DNA of 64,000 nucleotides from an uncultured Clostridia bacterium. GTDB lineage: Bacteria; Bacillota; Limnochordia; Darwinibacteriales; DTU012. A program made the translations under genes and the position numbers. Position 1 is the stretch's first letter; each line of letters begins with the position of its first letter. The notes under the pieces are model-generated. The model was not told the DNA's origin, did no database searches, and saw only the letters and a program-made list of their open reading frames with translations. The stretch lies in the NCBI GenBank assembly GCA_900019385.1, contig FIZJ01000011.1, positions 4,006-68,005 of the forward strand. Direction: 5' to 3'. Shown here in pieces: positions 53,077-62,516 of the stretch.

Positions 53077-55534
53077 GCCTGGCGCTTGTGTGAGGTTTTT
53101 ATTGATTGTCTTATCCATGCAGTTATTGGTTTCAGGCTCGGCCTTTGCATATGACGAGCAGCTGATTCTGGTCCAGGGACAAAGCAGAATCCTGCGTTTG
53201 GATGACATCGTCCGGGCAGCCGTCGGGGATCCGGCGGTGGTGGATGTAGCGGCAGTCGACTCACAGCAGCTGCTGCTCAACCCTCTGCGGGTGGGTATTA
53301 CTTCCCTCCATGTCTGGCAGCGCACTCGGCAGAAAGAGTATCAGCTGCGGGTTGTCGCCGATGACGGCACGCTGCTTCAGGAGTTCCTGACTGTCTTGAA
53401 CCTGCCCCATGTGTCGGCTTGGTTCGCCCACGGGCACCTGGTCCTGGAAGGGCAAGTCAGCAGCGAAAGCGAGAAGGAGCGGGCCGAGAAACTGGCTGGA
53501 GCCTATGCCGATGCTGTGATCAGCCTGCTGCGCCATCCCACGGACGATTCGTCCCAGCAGCTTAAGCAGGAGCTGCGGCGCCTGATTCCACCCGAAATCC
53601 AGCTGACATTTTTGCAAAGCACTGTGATTCTGGAAGGCCGGGCTGAAAGCGACGCCGAGCGCCATTTAGCCTGCCGTTTGGCGGAAGCCTTGGGTTACCA
53701 GGTGATCGATTTGATTGAGGTAGACTCAGAACCTGACGCTGGAATCGCCGCGCCGGCCGCCCCTGAGCCGGAGGACGCCGACGGCGCGGCCGAACCTGCC
53801 GTGCTTGCGGCGCAGATCAAAGAGGCCATCGGCGATGACCTAACGGTGTACATTGTCGGAGAGACTGTGTTTCTGGAAGGCTGGGCCGCCGATTCGTACC
53901 GCAAGGAACGGGCTGCCGCCATTGCCAAAGCCTTTGGCATGCCGGTGGTGGATTTGATTCAGGTCGACGAGCCAGAACCAAAACCAAAACCAGTAGAGGC
54001 AGAACCGCCGGAACACGTGGACGATGGCGCCAGGCAGCTTGTGGATCAGCTGAACCGCCTAATTGCCAACCCGGCTGTCAGTGCTCGGATTATCCACGGT
54101 TATTTGATCCTCGAAGGCCGGGTGGAGTCCGAATGGGAAAAAACACGGACGCTGCTGTTGGCGCAAGTCGCCGGGCTTCCGGTGATTGATCTGATCACGG
54201 TTTCGTCCCCCATACCAGACCGGCCTGATCTGGACGCGGTTTCCGTCCTGGCCGGAGACGATCCGCCGCAGCCCCCTGAAAAACAACTGGAGGAACTTCT
54301 GGAAGGGACAGGAGTCAGTGCCCGGTGGATCGGCGGCACACTGATTCTGGAAGGAGCGGTGGAAGATGAATTCGCCAAGACAAAAGCGGCCGCCCTTGGT
54401 GAAGCTTTTGCGGACAAGGTAGTAGACTTGATTCGGATCCGGCAGCCGGTGGAGGTTGTACCTTTGGAACCAGGCCAGTTTGCCGAGTTACTGGTCAGAG
54501 ACGTGGCAGCAGCCCTTCAGGAACCGGGTGTCACTGTTCGCTTGTACCAAGATACGCTGGTTTTGGAAGGGATTGTGCCCGACGCCAAGGCCAAAGAGAG
54601 GGCTGAACGCCTGGCGTCGGTGTTTTACCAACCGGTGATTAGTTTTATCGATTACCCACAGCCGGGCCAAGTCAGCAGTGCCGATCAGCTCGCATTCCAT
54701 CTCGGCTTGGAATCAGTCCGGGTGACAGCGGTAGGAACCAGCCTGGTTTTGGAAGGAACGGTTCAAAATGCCCGGGAACACAGCCGGGTTATGCAAATCG
54801 CCCAGCTTTACGGCGATGTGGTTGATTTGCTCGTCGTTGAACAGCCGGAACAGGTGCTGCTCCAGGTTCACGTGGTGGAACTGGATCGGAGCGCCGGCAC
54901 TGAGCTCGGTATCAATTGGGGAAGCCTGATTTACGGCCTCAATTTCATTGCCGATGTGATCCAGTTTGAAGAGGTGGCACATATCGGCAGTTGGCAGATG
55001 AACCGTTCACATCCGCTGGGAGCGCAGCTGACGGCCTTGGAAAAGGAAGGCAAAGCCAAGCTGTTAGCGGCCCCGGCCCTGCTCACAGTGTCGGGACAGC
55101 CGGCTTCGTTCCTGGCAGGTGGCGAGATTCCCCTGGTGCTGGACTTCGGGGATCAGCAAGCGGTGGAATGGGTTGAATATGGTGTGAAACTGAACATCCT
55201 TCCTCTGGTGGAAGGAGAACAGGTAAGGATCCATATCCAGCCGGAAGTAAGCAGCATCGATTGGAACACCAGCGACCGCCTCCAGTCCCGGAACCCGGCT
55301 CTGAACACGCGCCGCACTGATACCACTGTAAACCTTGAGCACGGATCCACTGTTGTGATCAGCGGGTTGATTCAGCGCCAGGAAAGCACGGAGATCAAAA
55401 AAATTCCCATCCTGGGGGATCTGCCGATCTTAGGCACTCTCTTCCGCAGCAGAGAGTATCAAGACAAACAAACCGAGCTCGTAATCTTTGTGACTCCATG
55501 GATCATCGGCGAGGAGGTGAGCAAAGATGGCTGA
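53069..55534 (+). CDS. cpaC: Tad secretin CpaC/RcpA with expanded N-terminal BON-like repeat region
   Basis: ATG 53069 (SD GGGAGGTG) overlaps the cpaB end. Signal peptide. The pilus-formation N-domain reads L.LV.GQSRIL.L....R.AVGDP.V.DV. Seven L.LEG repeats follow. The secretin core is LLA.P.L....GQ.ASFLAGGE.P..., ending KIPILGDLPILG.LFRS......TELVIFVTP. Confidence 0.85.
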   Translation: MNRPGACVRFLLIVLSMQLLVSGSAFAYDEQLILVQGQSRILRLDDIVRAAVGDPAVVDVAAVDSQQLLLNPLRVGITSLHVWQRTRQKEYQLRVVADDGTLLQEFLTVLNLPHVSAWFAHGHLVLEGQVSSESEKERAEKLAGAYADAVISLLRHPTDDSSQQLKQELRRLIPPEIQLTFLQSTVILEGRAESDAERHLACRLAEALGYQVIDLIEVDSEPDAGIAAPAAPEPEDADGAAEPAVLAAQIKEAIGDDLTVYIVGETVFLEGWAADSYRKERAAAIAKAFGMPVVDLIQVDEPEPKPKPVEAEPPEHVDDGARQLVDQLNRLIANPAVSARIIHGYLILEGRVESEWEKTRTLLLAQVAGLPVIDLITVSSPIPDRPDLDAVSVLAGDDPPQPPEKQLEELLEGTGVSARWIGGTLILEGAVEDEFAKTKAAALGEAFADKVVDLIRIRQPVEVVPLEPGQFAELLVRDVAAALQEPGVTVRLYQDTLVLEGIVPDAKAKERAERLASVFYQPVISFIDYPQPGQVSSADQLAFHLGLESVRVTAVGTSLVLEGTVQNAREHSRVMQIAQLYGDVVDLLVVEQPEQVLLQVHVVELDRSAGTELGINWGSLIYGLNFIADVIQFEEVAHIGSWQMNRSHPLGAQLTALEKEGKAKLLAAPALLTVSGQPASFLAGGEIPLVLDFGDQQAVEWVEYGVKLNILPLVEGEQVRIHIQPEVSSIDWNTSDRLQSRNPALNTRRTDTTVNLEHGSTVVISGLIQRQESTEIKKIPILGDLPILGTLFRSREYQDKQTELVIFVTPWIIGEEVSKDG
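53372..54844 (+). repeat. Seven tandem BON-like coding repeats with Pro/Glu-rich linkers inside the secretin gene
   Basis: The repeat cores are HLVLEGQVSSESEKERAEKLA, VILEGRAESDAERHLACRLA, VFLEGWAADSYRKERAAAIA, LILEGRVESEWEKTRTLLLA, LILEGAVEDEFAKTKAAALG, LVLEGIVPDAKAKERAERLA and LVLEGTVQNAREHSRVMQIA. Each is followed by ..V[IV]DLI.V. The linkers are EPDAGIAAPAAPEPEDADGAAEP and EPEPKPKPVEAEPPE. Confidence 0.75.
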
Positions 55535-56717
55535 CGGCACCATTCAAGTCCTGATAGTCGATGATGTGGCCGAGACCAGGCACAACATCCGCAAACTGCT
55601 GGAATTCGAGGCTGACATCTGCGTTGTCGGCGAAGCCGCCGACGGCCGCGAGGCTCTGGCCTTGGCCAAGGAACTTCAGCCCGACTGCGTCCTGATGGAC
55701 ATCAACATGCCCGGCTTGGACGGTATCAGCGCCACTGAACGGATCTACCAAGTGGCTCCCGACTGCCTGCCGATTGTCATCAGCGTCCAGGGCGAACAGG
55801 AATACCTGCGGAAAGCTATGCTGGCCGGCGCCAGAGACTACCTGGTCAAACCCTTCAGCGGCCAGGAGTTGGTGAACACGATCCGCCAGGTGTACAGTCT
55901 CGAACAGGCCAGGCGCAGCCTGCAGAAGGATGCCCAGGCCAACCGCAGCGCCCAGGTGATCGTGGTTTTCAGCGCCAAGGGCGGTGTAGGCAAGACCACC
56001 ATCGCCACCAACCTCGCCGCAGGTCTGAGCAGGCAGCAGCGGGAAGTGATCCTCGTCGACCTGGACCTGCAGTTCGGGGATGTGCCGCTCCTTCTCAACC
56101 TCAAGTTGAAGCGCTCCATGGCCGACTGGCATCATGACGGTCGGGAGGCCATCGAAGATTATCTGATCCAGCATGAAAGCGGGCTGCGGGTTTTCGCCTC
56201 GCCCCAAACCCCGGAACAGGGCGAACTGATCACCGGAGAACACGTCAGCCAGATGATCACCGAGCTGAAACCCCTCGCTGATTTCCTGGTGATTGACACT
56301 CCGCAGTTTTTCCACGAAACGACGCTGCAGAGCCTTGAACTGGCGGACAAAATCCTGCTGGTGGCTACCCCCGACCTGCCCAACCTGAAGAATGTCAAGT
56401 GCTGTCTGGATGTGCTGTCCAGGCTGAATATGGCCGGCAAAGTGCAGATTGTCGCCAACAAGGTCGGCGCCAACGGGATCAAGGTTGAACAGTTCAGTTC
56501 CTATCTCCAGCAGCCCGTTTGGCAGCGGGTGCCGTACGACCTTAAGCTGGCGACGCAGGCGGCGATCCAAGGCATTCCCGCTGTGATGCTGAATCCCAGA
56601 GCTTCACTCAGCCGGAGCCTGGCGCGGATCAGCAGAGAATTTGTGGAGCCTCATCCAGGAAGCCGGGAAGCCGCAGTGAAGGTGCCGCTGGTCAGAATGC
56701 TGTTTGCAAGGAGATGA
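55527..56717 (+). CDS. cpaE: CpaE/TadZ-like ParA/MinD ATPase fused to an N-terminal receiver (REC) domain
   Basis: REC domain VLIVDDV.ETR..I..LL.......VGEA.DG.EAL.LA.EL.PD.VLMDINMPGLDGI. The deviant Walker A is FSAKGGVGKTT. ATG overlaps the secretin stop. Confidence 0.8.
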   Translation: MADGTIQVLIVDDVAETRHNIRKLLEFEADICVVGEAADGREALALAKELQPDCVLMDINMPGLDGISATERIYQVAPDCLPIVISVQGEQEYLRKAMLAGARDYLVKPFSGQELVNTIRQVYSLEQARRSLQKDAQANRSAQVIVVFSAKGGVGKTTIATNLAAGLSRQQREVILVDLDLQFGDVPLLLNLKLKRSMADWHHDGREAIEDYLIQHESGLRVFASPQTPEQGELITGEHVSQMITELKPLADFLVIDTPQFFHETTLQSLELADKILLVATPDLPNLKNVKCCLDVLSRLNMAGKVQIVANKVGANGIKVEQFSSYLQQPVWQRVPYDLKLATQAAIQGIPAVMLNPRASLSRSLARISREFVEPHPGSREAAVKVPLVRMLFARR

Positions 56718-56723
56718 TCGCCC

Positions 56724-58043
56724 ATGTCGTTACTGGCCCGTTTGGAACGGCAGAAAGAACGGGAAGAGCAAAAACAGCAAACCAACCTTGCTTCCGGCAG
56801 ACAGGCGGATCCTTTTGTCAAGCTGAAAGGCCGAATCCATGAACAGCTCGTAAGCGAGATCGACAGCAAACTGTTGAAAAGCATCGACCACAACAGCAAG
56901 ACTCAGGAGTTGAAGGACAAGGTCAGCCAGGTTGTGCAGCGGGTGATCAGCGAACAACAGCTAACACTCACCCGCGCCGAAAGCCAACAGCTGCTGAACC
57001 AAATTATTGACGAAGTCATTGGTTTTGGGCCCATCAATTCCCTAATCCTCGACCCGGAAATCTCCGAGATCATGGTGAACGGCCCCAAACAGGTATTTGT
57101 GGAGCGCGGCGGCTGTCTGGAGCTGACAGAAATTACTTTCCGAGACAATGAACATGTGATGCATATCATTGAAAAAATGGTGGCGCCGCTGGGGAGAAGA
57201 ATCGATGAAAGCAGTCCCATGGTCGACGCCCGGCTGCCTGACGGCTCCAGGGTAAACGCCATTATTCCTCCTCTGGCCCTGGGCGGGCCCACCATCACCA
57301 TCCGGAAATTCTCTGCCAACCCTCTGACGGTGGAGGACTTGATCAATTTCGGGACTCTCACTCCGGAGGTGGCCGAGTTTCTTGCCGCCTGTGTCCAGGC
57401 CCGGCTGAACATTGTTGTGTCCGGAGGCACCGGCAGCGGCAAGACTACGCTGCTGAACGTGCTGTCATCTTTCATCCCCACCGATGAGCGGATTGTCACC
57501 ATTGAAGACGCGGCGGAACTGAGGCTCAGGCAGACACATGTGGTGTCTCTGGAAAGCCGCCCGCCGAATATCGAAGGGAAAGGCGCGGTGACGATCCGGG
57601 ATCTGGTCCGCAACTCTCTGCGGATGCGCCCCGATCGGATCGTCATCGGCGAGGTGCGGGGAGGAGAAGCCCTCGATATGCTGCAGGCCATGAACACAGG
57701 CCACGACGGTTCCCTCACCACCGGGCACGCCAACTCCCCCAGGGACATGCTGGCCAGGCTGGAGACGATGGTGCTGATGGCGGGCATGGACCTGCCGGTG
57801 AGGGCAATCCGGGAACAGATTGCTTCCGCGATTGACCTGATCGTCCAGCAGGCCCGCCTCAAGGATGGATCCCGGAAAGTAGTGCAAATTACGGAGGTGC
57901 AGGGAATCGAGGGTGAAGTGATTACCATGCAGGATATATTTGCTTATGAGCGGGGTGCGCTGCGGGCGACGGGCATCAGGCCGAAATGTGCCGAAACAAT
58001 CGCCGCTCGTGGTATCAAACTGCCCGCCAGCCTGTTTATGTGA
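56724..58043 (+). CDS. cpaF: Tad secretion ATPase CpaF/TadA (VirB11-like)
   Basis: GFGP...L..DP..SEIMVNG, Walker A SGGTGSGKTT, IEDAAEL, RPDRI..GE.RG.EA.DMLQAMNTGH.GS..T.H and TEV.G.EG. Confidence 0.92.
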   Translation: MSLLARLERQKEREEQKQQTNLASGRQADPFVKLKGRIHEQLVSEIDSKLLKSIDHNSKTQELKDKVSQVVQRVISEQQLTLTRAESQQLLNQIIDEVIGFGPINSLILDPEISEIMVNGPKQVFVERGGCLELTEITFRDNEHVMHIIEKMVAPLGRRIDESSPMVDARLPDGSRVNAIIPPLALGGPTITIRKFSANPLTVEDLINFGTLTPEVAEFLAACVQARLNIVVSGGTGSGKTTLLNVLSSFIPTDERIVTIEDAAELRLRQTHVVSLESRPPNIEGKGAVTIRDLVRNSLRMRPDRIVIGEVRGGEALDMLQAMNTGHDGSLTTGHANSPRDMLARLETMVLMAGMDLPVRAIREQIASAIDLIVQQARLKDGSRKVVQITEVQGIEGEVITMQDIFAYERGALRATGIRPKCAETIAARGIKLPASLFM

Positions 58044-59041
58044 CCGGCTGCGCCGGGACATGCGGGTTTGCCGAGGTGAACGCTGTGATCCCTATTCTCA
58101 TAGCCGCCCTTGTTTTTTGGGCTGTATTCCTAATCTGCTTCGCAGCCGCCGACAAACTGCGGAAAAAGCTGCTGGTGGAAAACCGCATTCGTGTTTTCAT
58201 CCCCGGGCCTGGGATTGATGAGGGTGACGGAGATGATCAGGACAAGGTTCATGTCCTGCAGCGGCTTTTGGGGTGGCTGACCCGGAAGCTGAAGCTCAAA
58301 CCATCCCGGAGACTGGCGCTGGAGTTGATGCGCGCCGATATTCCCTTATCCGCAGGTGAGTTCCTAGTCCTCAACGTTATGCTTGGGCTTCTGCCCCTAT
58401 TTTTGGTTTTGTTCGGCTACAGCGTTGAGTTCTGCCTGCTGCTTGCATTAGGTGCGCTCTTGGCTCCTTCCGCTGTTGTCAAATTGAGGCAGAAGAAACG
58501 GATGCATCTAATCGAAACGCAGCTGCCGGAAGTGCTTGGAATTATTGCCAATTCCCTCAAGGCAGGATACAGTTTCTTTCAAGCTATCGAATTGGTTTCC
58601 CGGGAGTCCAAGCCACCCCTGGCCAGTGAGTTCGCTTTGGTCAACAAAGAAATGAACTTGGGGGCCACGACGGAGCTGGCGCTGGAAAACATGGTCGAGC
58701 GGGTGGGCAGTGATGATCTGGACCTGGTGGTGACGGCGGTGCTGATACAGCGGCAGGTGGGAGGCAATCTTTCGGCGATTCTGGAGTCCATTGCCGAGAC
58801 CATCAGGGAGCGGATCCGGATCCGGGGTGAAATCAGGTCTTTGACCGCCCAGGGCCGTATTTCCGGGTTGATCATCTCGGTGCTGCCCTTCTTGATCGCC
58901 GGGTTCATTTTTGTTGTGCATCCAGAATACATCATGCCGTTGTTTGTCGAACCCTTGGGCCGCATCATGCTGGGTATGGGGATAGGCGGCCAGTTCCTGG
59001 CTGTGCTGATGATAAAGAAAATTACCAACATCCGGGTTTAG
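58040..59041 (+). CDS. tadB: Tad inner-membrane platform protein TadB
   Basis: T2SSF-like block LP..L..IA.SL.AG.S...A.......... and ..DL......I.RQ.GGNL..IL. The start is uncertain: GTG 58040 overlaps the cpaF stop, and GTG 58076 is an alternative. Confidence 0.8.
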   Translation: MTGCAGTCGFAEVNAVIPILIAALVFWAVFLICFAAADKLRKKLLVENRIRVFIPGPGIDEGDGDDQDKVHVLQRLLGWLTRKLKLKPSRRLALELMRADIPLSAGEFLVLNVMLGLLPLFLVLFGYSVEFCLLLALGALLAPSAVVKLRQKKRMHLIETQLPEVLGIIANSLKAGYSFFQAIELVSRESKPPLASEFALVNKEMNLGATTELALENMVERVGSDDLDLVVTAVLIQRQVGGNLSAILESIAETIRERIRIRGEIRSLTAQGRISGLIISVLPFLIAGFIFVVHPEYIMPLFVEPLGRIMLGMGIGGQFLAVLMIKKITNIRV

Positions 59042-59051
59042 GAGGCGCTTT

Positions 59052-59933
59052 ATGATTTTTGTGGTTTCAGTCATAGTGTTTGTATCCGTGAGCACTGCTG
59101 CCTATGCCGGCTACCGCCTTTGGCAGCAGCGGCAGATCGTCAAAGAACGCTTCAGTTTGTACAGGGAAAGCGCCGAGGAAGATCAGGAACAACCTGAGAC
59201 ACCTGCGGCCGGGAGCCGGTTCAAGCAGGGATTGACAAAACTTGCATCGCTTTTGGTTGTCAAGGAGCAAAAGCCTCGCTGGCAAAAGCTGCGTCGTCAG
59301 CTGCTTCTCGCCGGCGAGCCGGGCAAACTCAAACCCCAGGAGTTTATCGTGCTCAAACTAGTGATTTCCGCCCTGACATGCATCATAGGCTTCATCTTAC
59401 CAATACCGCTGTCACAGGTAGCTCTGCTGCTGGCCTTTAGCTGGCTGGTTCCCGATCTCTATCTGCAGCAGCGGATCAGGAAACGTCAGCAGGACATCAC
59501 CCTGGCCATCCCCGACATCCTCGATCTGCTTACGGTCAGCGTGGAGGCAGGCCTCGGGTTCGATGCCGCTGTTGCCAGGGTGGTGGACAAGGCCGAAGGC
59601 CCGCTGGCGGAGGAGCTTGGGCGGATGCTTTATGAAATGCGGATCGGCAGGCCCCGCCGGGATGCGCTCAGGGACTTGAGCGAGCGGACCGGCGTCGGTT
59701 ACCTGCAAAATTTTGCCGCAGCGGTGATTCAAGCCGACCAACTGGGAGTGAGCATCAGCAAAGTGCTGCGTATCCAGTCCCAGGATATCCGCCGCCAAAG
59801 GCGGCAAAAGGCGGAGGAAGAAGCGATGAAAGCTCCTATCAAAATGCTGCTTCCCCTGGTGGGCCTGGTGTTTCCCTCGCTGTTCATCATCTTGTTGGGA
59901 CCCTCGATTCTGCACTTTATGTCCGCGTTTTAG
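59052..59933 (+). CDS. tadC: Tad inner-membrane platform protein TadC
   Basis: LPD.LDLL...VEAGLGFD.A..RV and R.EAL..L..R....L..F..A.IQA..LG.S...VLR.QS, the T2SSF domain of TadC type. Confidence 0.8.
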   Translation: MIFVVSVIVFVSVSTAAYAGYRLWQQRQIVKERFSLYRESAEEDQEQPETPAAGSRFKQGLTKLASLLVVKEQKPRWQKLRRQLLLAGEPGKLKPQEFIVLKLVISALTCIIGFILPIPLSQVALLLAFSWLVPDLYLQQRIRKRQQDITLAIPDILDLLTVSVEAGLGFDAAVARVVDKAEGPLAEELGRMLYEMRIGRPRRDALRDLSERTGVGYLQNFAAAVIQADQLGVSISKVLRIQSQDIRRQRRQKAEEEAMKAPIKMLLPLVGLVFPSLFIILLGPSILHFMSAF

Positions 59934-59944
59934 GCTGTGGTGGA

Positions 59945-60346
59945 GTGATAAGCATGGCCGAACTGACTGTGGTCAATCTTTCCAAAGGTACGTGTTTGGG
60001 GACGAGGATCCGTTTGGCGGATGGTTTTTGGGCCCGCCTCCGGGGCCTGCTCGGCGTTGAAAGCCTGCCCAAAGGCGAAGGGTTACTGCTTCGGCCCTGT
60101 CAAATGGTGCACGGAATCGGCATGCGCTTCTCGATAGAGGCTGTCTACTTGGACAGCAGCGGCCGGGTGATCGGGATTCACCTCCTTGAGCCCGGCCGCC
60201 TCGGCCCTTACAAGCACCAAGCCGCCGCGGTGCTGGAACTGCCTCCAGGAACGGTGTCCGATTCTGCCACAGAAATCGGGGACTTACTCCAGAGTACTAG
60301 AACACAACGCTTTAGCTGTGAATACGATGTAGTGACCAACAGATGA
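59945..60346 (+). CDS. DUF192 (COG1430) protein
   Basis: A..F..R.RGLLG...L..GEGLLL.PC..VH..GMRF.I....LD..G.V........P and A...LELP.G follow the recalled DUF192 pattern. ATG 59954 is an alternative start. Confidence 0.6.
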   Translation: MISMAELTVVNLSKGTCLGTRIRLADGFWARLRGLLGVESLPKGEGLLLRPCQMVHGIGMRFSIEAVYLDSSGRVIGIHLLEPGRLGPYKHQAAAVLELPPGTVSDSATEIGDLLQSTRTQRFSCEYDVVTNR

Positions 60347-60368
60347 AACAGATGGGGGGGCAATCTTA

Positions 60369-60641
60369 TTGACTGCTGACAATTTTATACCAAACTGTCC
60401 ACCTCCCCAGAAGGAAGCCAACGCTAAGGCAAAGTTGCTGGACTTACTGACACCAAGGGAAAAAGAAGTGCTATCGTTGTTAGCACGTGGGTATAACAAT
60501 AATGAAATAGCCGCCTGCTTGCACATCAGCAAGCACACAGTCAAAAACCATGTCAGCAACATCTATCACAAGCTGGAGATGGATGACCGCACGCAGATTG
60601 CTTTATTGGCTGTCCGGAATGGGTTTGTCAAGCTCGATTGA
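60369..60641 (+). CDS. Stand-alone GerE/LuxR-type HTH regulator
   Basis: LTPREKEVLSLLARGYNNNEIAACLHISKHTVKNHVSNIYHKLEMDDRTQ is a canonical GerE-family HTH. There is no receiver domain. TTG start. Confidence 0.75.
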   Translation: MTADNFIPNCPPPQKEANAKAKLLDLLTPREKEVLSLLARGYNNNEIAACLHISKHTVKNHVSNIYHKLEMDDRTQIALLAVRNGFVKLD

Positions 60642-60758
60642 ACGGGAGCGACTCGCTAGAGTCGTTCCTGCTTTGAGGTGGATTGTACCGGGCAGGATTG
60701 GATGGGACTGATGCTGAATTAATCAATCGGTTCCCAAGGGAGGCCTGGAGGGTGATTT

Positions 60759-62516
60759 ATGGCAAAATTGCAATTATTGGTACGCCTGGCTCCCGGAACC
60801 GAACCAAAATGGTATTTAGCGGAAAACCCTGCCTGGATAGAGCCGAGGGCTGATCAGGCTGGCGATGGGGGGTGGCTTGTGGCACTGACACCGCCCTTGG
60901 CAGCCGATCAAGCCTATTTTCATTGGCAGGAGGTGGACAAGCGGGCCAAGTTGGCAGCCGGGCTCTGGGCCATACTACCGCAGCCCAGCTTGTTCGCCTG
61001 GGCCGTGAGCAAAGCCCTCCGGCTGCGCTTTCCCGGCCATCCGCGGCGGCTTGTGCCTGAGGGCGGGCAACACCGGTGCCTGGATCCGCAACAACTGCGG
61101 CGGCTGGTGGAGGAAATCCGGCGGCTTTTGGCTGGCAGTTTGGTTCCCGATTATCTCCTTGAAAAGGAACTGCGGGCCCAGGGATGGTGGCCGGCGGATA
61201 TCCGGCAGGCGTTGAACTGGGGTTTAAGCCAAAAACTGTTTGCCGCTATGCCCGGAATGGTGCGGCAGCCCTGGGGCGAGCTGCGGTGCAGCCGCTGCCG
61301 CGCGCTCATTTCTGAGCTGCGGCCTTGTGTCAAATGCGGCCGCATCCAGTGCCCGGCCTGTCCAGAGTGCGCCGCCATCGGCGAGATCCGCGGCTGCGGC
61401 CTCCTGTGGTTTATGGAGAGCGGCGGGCTGCATGAAGCCGAGGTTTCGGCGAACCAACATGGTACAGCGATGCTGCAGCTGGACTTGGAGCTGACTCCGG
61501 CTCAAGCCCGGGCCAGCAGGGAATTGGTGGAGTTTTTGGACAGCGGCGAAACACGGATCCTGGTGTGGGCTGCCTGCGGCGCCGGAAAAACTGAAGTGGC
61601 TTTTGCCGCCATCGAAGCGGCCTTGTCCAAGGGGATGCAGGTGTTGTTCGCCATCCCCCGCCGCAGTGTGGTCAGGGATCTGGCCGGCAGGTTGGCCAAG
61701 GCGTTTCCCGGGGTAAAAACCGCCGTCCATTACGGCGGCCGGCCGTGGAGGCAGGAAGGGCCGCTGGTACTCGCCACCACCCATCAGACATTGCGCTTCC
61801 ACCGCCGCTTCGGCCTGGTGGTTCTGGACGAAGTTGACGCCTATCCTTATCACGGCAGCGAGATGCTCCGCCTGGGCGTGGAACGATCCCTGGCCGAAGG
61901 GGGCAAGTTGATCGAAATGACAGCGACACCTCACCACATTGGCTCGAAGACAAGGATCATCACCATTCCCGCCCGCTATCACGGGAGCCCGCTGCCTGAG
62001 CCTAGGATATTGAAACTGCCGCTGCCGCCTTTCGATGAACTGGCAGACAAAGGGCTGCCCCGGAAGATATCTGGGATCATTGAGGCGAACCCCCGGCCTT
62101 GGTTGGTCTTTGCCCCGACTGTGGCAGCGGTGAGACTCATCGCCGATCATCTTGAGCATACCCTCCGACGCCGGGTGTGCGGCAGTTGGGCCGGCGATCC
62201 GCGGCGGGATCAGAAAACAGATCGGTTTGCCGAGGGTGGGTACGAGGTGATGGTGGCCACATCAATCATGGAACGGGGCGTAACCCTGGCAAACGTGCAG
62301 GTGATGGTTCTCTACTGCGATCATGTGATCTTTGACGCCAATTCTCTGATCCAAATGGCAGGAAGGGTCGGCCGCAAAGCAGAACATCCAACTGGAGAGG
62401 TTTGGTTTGTCGGTGCCCGGATCACCGAGGCGATGCGGGAGGCGCTGGAACGGATCCGCTATCTAAATCGGCAAGCGCGGAAGCTGGGCCTCCTCAAGGA
62501 GGATCGGAGTGTTTAA
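60759..62516 (+). CDS. comFA: ComFA-like DEAD/DEAH-box helicase (competence DNA uptake ATPase) with N-terminal extension
   Basis: Cys-rich ribbon CSRCRA......C.KCG...CP.CPEC. Walker A AACGAGKTE and DEAD-like box VLDEVDAY. The helicase C-domain has ATSIMERGVT and QMAGRVGR. It is followed by comFC. Confidence 0.75.
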   Translation: MAKLQLLVRLAPGTEPKWYLAENPAWIEPRADQAGDGGWLVALTPPLAADQAYFHWQEVDKRAKLAAGLWAILPQPSLFAWAVSKALRLRFPGHPRRLVPEGGQHRCLDPQQLRRLVEEIRRLLAGSLVPDYLLEKELRAQGWWPADIRQALNWGLSQKLFAAMPGMVRQPWGELRCSRCRALISELRPCVKCGRIQCPACPECAAIGEIRGCGLLWFMESGGLHEAEVSANQHGTAMLQLDLELTPAQARASRELVEFLDSGETRILVWAACGAGKTEVAFAAIEAALSKGMQVLFAIPRRSVVRDLAGRLAKAFPGVKTAVHYGGRPWRQEGPLVLATTHQTLRFHRRFGLVVLDEVDAYPYHGSEMLRLGVERSLAEGGKLIEMTATPHHIGSKTRIITIPARYHGSPLPEPRILKLPLPPFDELADKGLPRKISGIIEANPRPWLVFAPTVAAVRLIADHLEHTLRRRVCGSWAGDPRRDQKTDRFAEGGYEVMVATSIMERGVTLANVQVMVLYCDHVIFDANSLIQMAGRVGRKAEHPTGEVWFVGARITEAMREALERIRYLNRQARKLGLLKEDRSV

